This document shows positions 10,044 through 13,832 of a stretch of 13,832 nucleotides of DNA, one piece after another. Both the position numbers and the translations under genes were made by a program. The stretch is taken from the NCBI RefSeq assembly GCF_006345805.1, contig NW_021825393.1:1-13832 (forward strand). The letters are read 5' to 3'. The DNA is from Octopus sinensis. Lineage: Eukaryota. Under the pieces are notes generated by a model. The model had not been told where the DNA came from. It did not search any database and worked only from the letters and a program-made list of their open reading frames with translations. Numbering within the stretch: position 1 is the first letter of the stretch; each line of letters starts with the position of its first letter.

Positions 10044-10640
10044 AAGGCGGCGAGCTGGCAGAATCGTTACCACGCCGGGCGAAATTCTTAGAGGTATTTC
10101 GTCTGCCGCTACGTTCTGAGTTCAAATTCCGCCGAGGTCGACTTTGCCTTTCATCCTTTCGGGGTCGATAAATTAAGTACCAGTTACGCACTGGGGTCGA
10201 TGTAATCGACTTAATACCTATGTCTGTCCTTGTTTGTCCCCTCTGTGTTTAGCCCCTTGTGGGTAATAAAGAAATAGGTATTTCGTCTGCCGTTACGTTC
10301 TGAGTTCAAATTCCGCCGAGGTCGACTTTGCCTTTCATCCTTTCAGGGTCGATAAATTAAGTACCAGTTACGCACTGGGGTCAATGTAATCGACTTAATA
10401 CCTATGTCTGTCCTTGTTTGTCCCCTCTGTGTTTAGCCCCTTGTGGGTAATAAAGAAATAGGTATTTCGTCTGCCGTTACGTTCTGAGTTCAAATTCCGC
10501 CGAGGTCGACTTTGCCTTTCATCCTTTCGGGGTCGATAAATTAAGTACCAGTCACGCACTGGCGTCGATGTAATCGACTAATACCTCTCTCTGTCCGTGT
10601 TTGTTCTCTCTATGTTTAGCCCCTTGTGGACAATAAAGAA
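10044..10640 (+). mobile_element. Three-unit head-to-tail SINE multimer, family 3 (A-A-A), 184-bp period
   Basis: ggtatttcgtc at 10093, 10277 and 10461. The head has A-box-like tggcagaatcg (10056-10066) and B box gttcaaattc (10120-10129). Flanked by agaatat-tgaaggtgat (10027-10043) and agaatat(aac)tgaaggtgat (10641-10660). Confidence 0.93.
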
Positions 10641-11103
10641 AGAATATAACTGAAGGTGATTGTCTCAAGAGATAAGGGACATGAGACTTACTCAACATCA
10701 GCAAAGACATGCTGCAACACATCAGATGGAGTCTTAAGTGAGAAGGGGGATGAGACTTTCCCAAGATCAGCAAAAGACTGCTGAATCATTCAAAAAACCT
10801 TTAGCACACCAGATTACACAGAGGCCCAATATAATAGCTTTCCGTAACAGACCACGTACAAGTTCGTTCTTCACAACGCGTGGAATGGCTTTCAAATATG
10901 ATCCATCCCATTCTTATAAAAATGATAATTGTGTCCAAATTGATGTGCTAACCTCAAATTGTCGTTTATACATAGCTTTCACATTTATTCCACAAATGTC
11001 TTGTCGTCAATACTGCACTTTTCTGTATCACCTGTTTCAACATGAATATAATATATATATTTACAAACTAGTCGTCTTAATCCCGAGCAACTATAAATGT
11101 TAC

Positions 11104-11107
<4 letters not shown>

Positions 11108-11178
<71 letters not shown>
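11108..11178. repeat. (TA)n microsatellite
   Basis: Seen directly. Confidence 0.95.
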
Positions 11179-11590
11179 CTAACATGTTTCAACTTCTAAA
11201 ATTCTGTCTTTGGTAAAAGGTGTGAAAACTCCGCATTTGCTCAGAGTTGTCCATTATCGGCTTCTCAGACATAGCGTTTCTAGCACTTGAGCTATTATCA
11301 ATGGGAAATACCGAAGAGAGGTAACTCAGTGCAGATTTAAAGCTGTATCTTTAACATCAGTTGCGTTGATGGACGGCCGGAGAAATTCAATAGTGCCAAG
11401 CAGTGATTAGGCATAAGCAAAATTTAGGTCAGTTGAAATATGTTTGTGACTTATTCAAACTTCTCAAGGCAAATTCATAGCAGTTACAGTGGAGGAAAAA
11501 ACCTCTCTTATGGTAAAAGGTGTAGAAACACCATGTCTGTCCGATGTTACTCTCTAGCAGATTCCCAAACGCAGCGTTTATATATATATA

Positions 11591-11824
11591 TTCTTTTATT
11601 CTTTTACTTGTTTCAGTCATTTAACTGCGGCCATGCTGGAGCACGCCTTTAGTCGAGGAAATCGACCCCAGGACTTATTCTTTGTGAGCCTAGTACTTAT
11701 TCTATCGGTTACTTTTGCCGAACTGCTAGGTTACGGGGACGTAAGCACACCAACGTCGGTTGTCAAGCGATGATGGGGGAACAAATACAGACACAGAAAT
11801 ACATACAGAGACACACACACACAC
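11591..11824 (-). mobile_element. Headless (5'-truncated) family 2 SINE
   Basis: The reverse complement aligns with ~3590-3815 (e.g. gcggccatgctggagcac, accccaggacttattcttt, agtacttattctatcggt). The match stops at the internal microsatellite. Confidence 0.9.
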
Positions 11825-12373
11825 TTTCTGAATCTGTAAGAATGGACAGTGTCTATGACCATCTTAGAGCTCTAGAGGCTGGGAAGCTTGATGCTGTTCA
11901 CGTTCAGGCGAAACAAATAAATTACCGAATCCTCTGTATTCCTCTCATCGATATATTTGCCAAACCCATATCGAAATAGGCGGGATTGTTAGAAGAGTTA
12001 GAACATAAAACTAAGTAAGTTGGTTGGGATAATTCAATATAGTGATCGTCCTTTCAACCATCAATATTGCATGCATTCCAACAAGTACCGGATTAGCCGC
12101 CACACCGAGCTCTTCCTGCCGTCGGCCTTTTAAAATTCCTTCCTTGCCCATGTCTCTTTTTTTTTTTTTATCAGGCAGCTGTTGACTTGGAACTGATTAA
12201 CAAAAGCGTTAACACATCTTTCTCCTTTTTACGGGGACTGTAAGGACCATGGTTAAAGCCACTTCGTACTGACCAAACCAACACACACACACTATATAAA
12301 TAAATATATATATATATATATATATGCAGAGAGAGATACATAATATACATATGTACACATACATGTAGGCAAA

Positions 12374-12770
12374 TCTTTATATATAAAAGTCAAGTTGTGT
12401 GTCTGTCTCCTACGATTTAGATTCCTAACTACTCCCACATTTTGCGATGCAGTTTAACCAAAACCGGGTATCTTATAGTCGTGATTCATATCGAGCCCTT
12501 CTGGGTATTAGCGCGCGTCTACGATGAGTCTACGATTTTAAAAAAGAATTACCATCATTTTTTTCCATTTTGATGCATTTTTTCGCTATTATATAAGGGA
12601 AGTAACTCTCTAAAAATGTCTACGATGAGTCAACGATTTAAAAAAAATTTACCATCATCTTTTTTTCATTTTTAATGCATTTTTTTGCTATTTTTTGGCT
12701 ATAAATCTCTAAAAATGCTTATATAGTTATTTCCCTTACAAACCCGAGCAACGCCGGGCGATACTGCTAG
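12374..12770 (+). mobile_element. Complete non-autonomous Helitron (397 bp)
   Basis: 5' TC after A12373 and 3' CTAG (12767-12770) before T12771, with no TSD. A GC-rich hairpin cccg-a-gc-aac-gc-cggg (12743-12758) ends 12 nt before the terminus. These are the established Helitron hallmarks. Confidence 0.85.
12517..12716. repeat. ~100-bp internal tandem duplication within the Helitron
   Basis: gtctacgatgagtc..ttaccatcat..atgcatttttt..tctctaaaaat at 12517-12617 and 12618-12716. Confidence 0.9.
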
Positions 12771-12888
12771 TCAAAAATAAAACCAAATGTAAAGTCAAAA
12801 ATAGGAAAAAAACAAAGGCCAAAAAGACGTACACAGTAAATGCATTATATTGAAGCTCAGTGACTGTTTATGATGGAAAAATGAGCGG

Positions 12889-12921
12889 TGTGACGTTTCG
12901 AGTATGGCTCATCATCAGAAA
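12889..12921 (-). ncRNA. Degenerate minimal type I hammerhead ribozyme motif (Penelope-like-element type)
   Basis: The minus strand reads CUGAUGA-U-GAG-CCAUA-CUC-GAAA-CGUC: both core boxes, a 3-bp stem II, a palindromic ACGU stem III and a GUC triplet. Stem I is imperfect (UUU against ACA). Confidence 0.5.
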
Positions 12922-13154
12922 GAGGAAAGAGGGAAAAGTCCGGAAAGAAGGAAAAAAGTCCGAGAAACGCACGTGTAGAAATAATAATTATGATGTGAGA
13001 AAAACACAAAGTTATCTCATTGGTTAATATAGTATTGTTTTAACACTCAAGGGAGACGACTTCGAGTGTATTATGGTCCCATTAGAGTTCCTCAATGAAA
13101 TATAAACTTCATCGTATTTTCCTATCAACCGGGGTTAAATGGAATCCATTCTCA

Positions 13155-13587
13155 GATCTTTTCGGTTTGAACGGCAGTTTTTAAAAATAATTTCCACGTA
13201 ACTAAACACTTTCAAACTTCGTATACTGGTAGAATGTGTTTATAAAACATCTTTTTCTCTTGGCTTTATTGAGGAAATTCTATAGTTTGTAATATATTTG
13301 TTGTTGTTTTCTTCAATTTCTGCAATTTCAACCAATCACTGACGTCTATTGAGGTAAAAAAAACATCCTGTGCCGTATGAATATGTCCCTCGTTTAAGAA
13401 ACAGATTGGGTTTATTTACATTTGTGAAGAAAAAAAGATACCCTTCCCCCACCCCTAACCCTAACCCTAACTAACACTAACCCTAAAACAGATTGAAATG
13501 CAATAGATCGATACTAGGGTCATAATTATGGGTGACAATTTCATATGACACCGCTAGAAAAAACTGCCGTTCAAACCGAAAAGATCC
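13155..13587. mobile_element. MITE / non-autonomous cut-and-paste DNA transposon (~433 bp)
   Basis: Perfect 28-bp TIRs gatcttttcggtttgaacggcagttttt (13155-13182) and reverse complement (13559-13586). Flanking direct repeat ccattctca (13146-13154 and 13588-13596). No coding capacity. Confidence 0.93.
13453..13486 (-). repeat. Short interstitial (TTAGGG)n-type repeat inside the MITE
   Basis: The plus strand reads ccctaa ccctaa ccctaa ctaa cactaa ccctaa. Confidence 0.85.
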
Positions 13588-13832
13588 CCATTCTCAATTC
13601 ACGACTTGTGTTTCTTCTTTATTTTCTTTACTAACTTCGCAATCGATCTCTGAGCACAGCATGAATGTCAAACAACCTCACTGCTATAAATATATATAAC
13701 CACGGGTTATGGAAGCGTCAGATAGGTATGGACCTAAGTGAATATTGACTTCAGTTCTATGTAACTGCCATCTCATTAGCTAATCATAGCCACAGGGTAT
13801 GAATGAACACCACAACTACTCTCTCAAGACGA

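Noticed and set aside
8150-10191. Similar minus-strand peptides (RNWYLIYRPRKDERQS...) at 8150-8374, 8385-8576 and 9934-10191
   Set aside because: They are antisense translations of repeated SINE units; the similarity reflects the DNA repeat.
10044-10640. Regular 184-bp periodicity considered as a CRISPR array or tRNA/snRNA gene cluster
   Set aside because: There are no unique spacers, the whole units repeat, the context is eukaryotic, there is no full cloverleaf, and a TSD flanks the array.
10738-11199. 153-aa ORF
   Set aside because: It has a GTG start, is extended by a (TA)n run and shows no recognisable domain.
657-11824. TSDs around the monomeric SINEs (657-973, 3406-3820, 7287-7503, 11591-11824)
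   Set aside because: Only matches of 5 bp or less were found in low-complexity flanks, which is not distinguishable from chance.
13453-13486. Chromosome end or telomere fusion site
   Set aside because: Only about five degenerate hexamers, fully enclosed by the MITE TIRs.

Overview
Repeat-dense eukaryotic non-coding DNA (intron or intergenic) with no credible protein-coding gene. The ORF track is almost entirely microsatellite read-through or translated SINE sequence. The SINE families and the (ATAC)/(TATC) microsatellite load resemble what I recall from octopus (coleoid cephalopod) genomes; this is recall, not a database match. Contents: three tRNA-derived SINE families (five elements with a head plus one headless fragment); three nested 3' fragments of one LINE-like element (possibly Tx1/L1 clade), all inside (TATC)n; a complete 397-bp non-autonomous Helitron; a MITE with 28-bp TIRs, a 9-bp flanking repeat and internal telomere-type hexamers; and a degenerate Penelope-type minimal hammerhead motif. 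The most striking structures are two head-to-tail SINE multimers (4 units and 3 units). Each has one complete Pol III promoter and one target-site duplication around the whole array, and four internal junctions across the two arrays are identical. The SINE 3' tail matches the 3' end of the LINE-like element in the same window at 34/41 nt.
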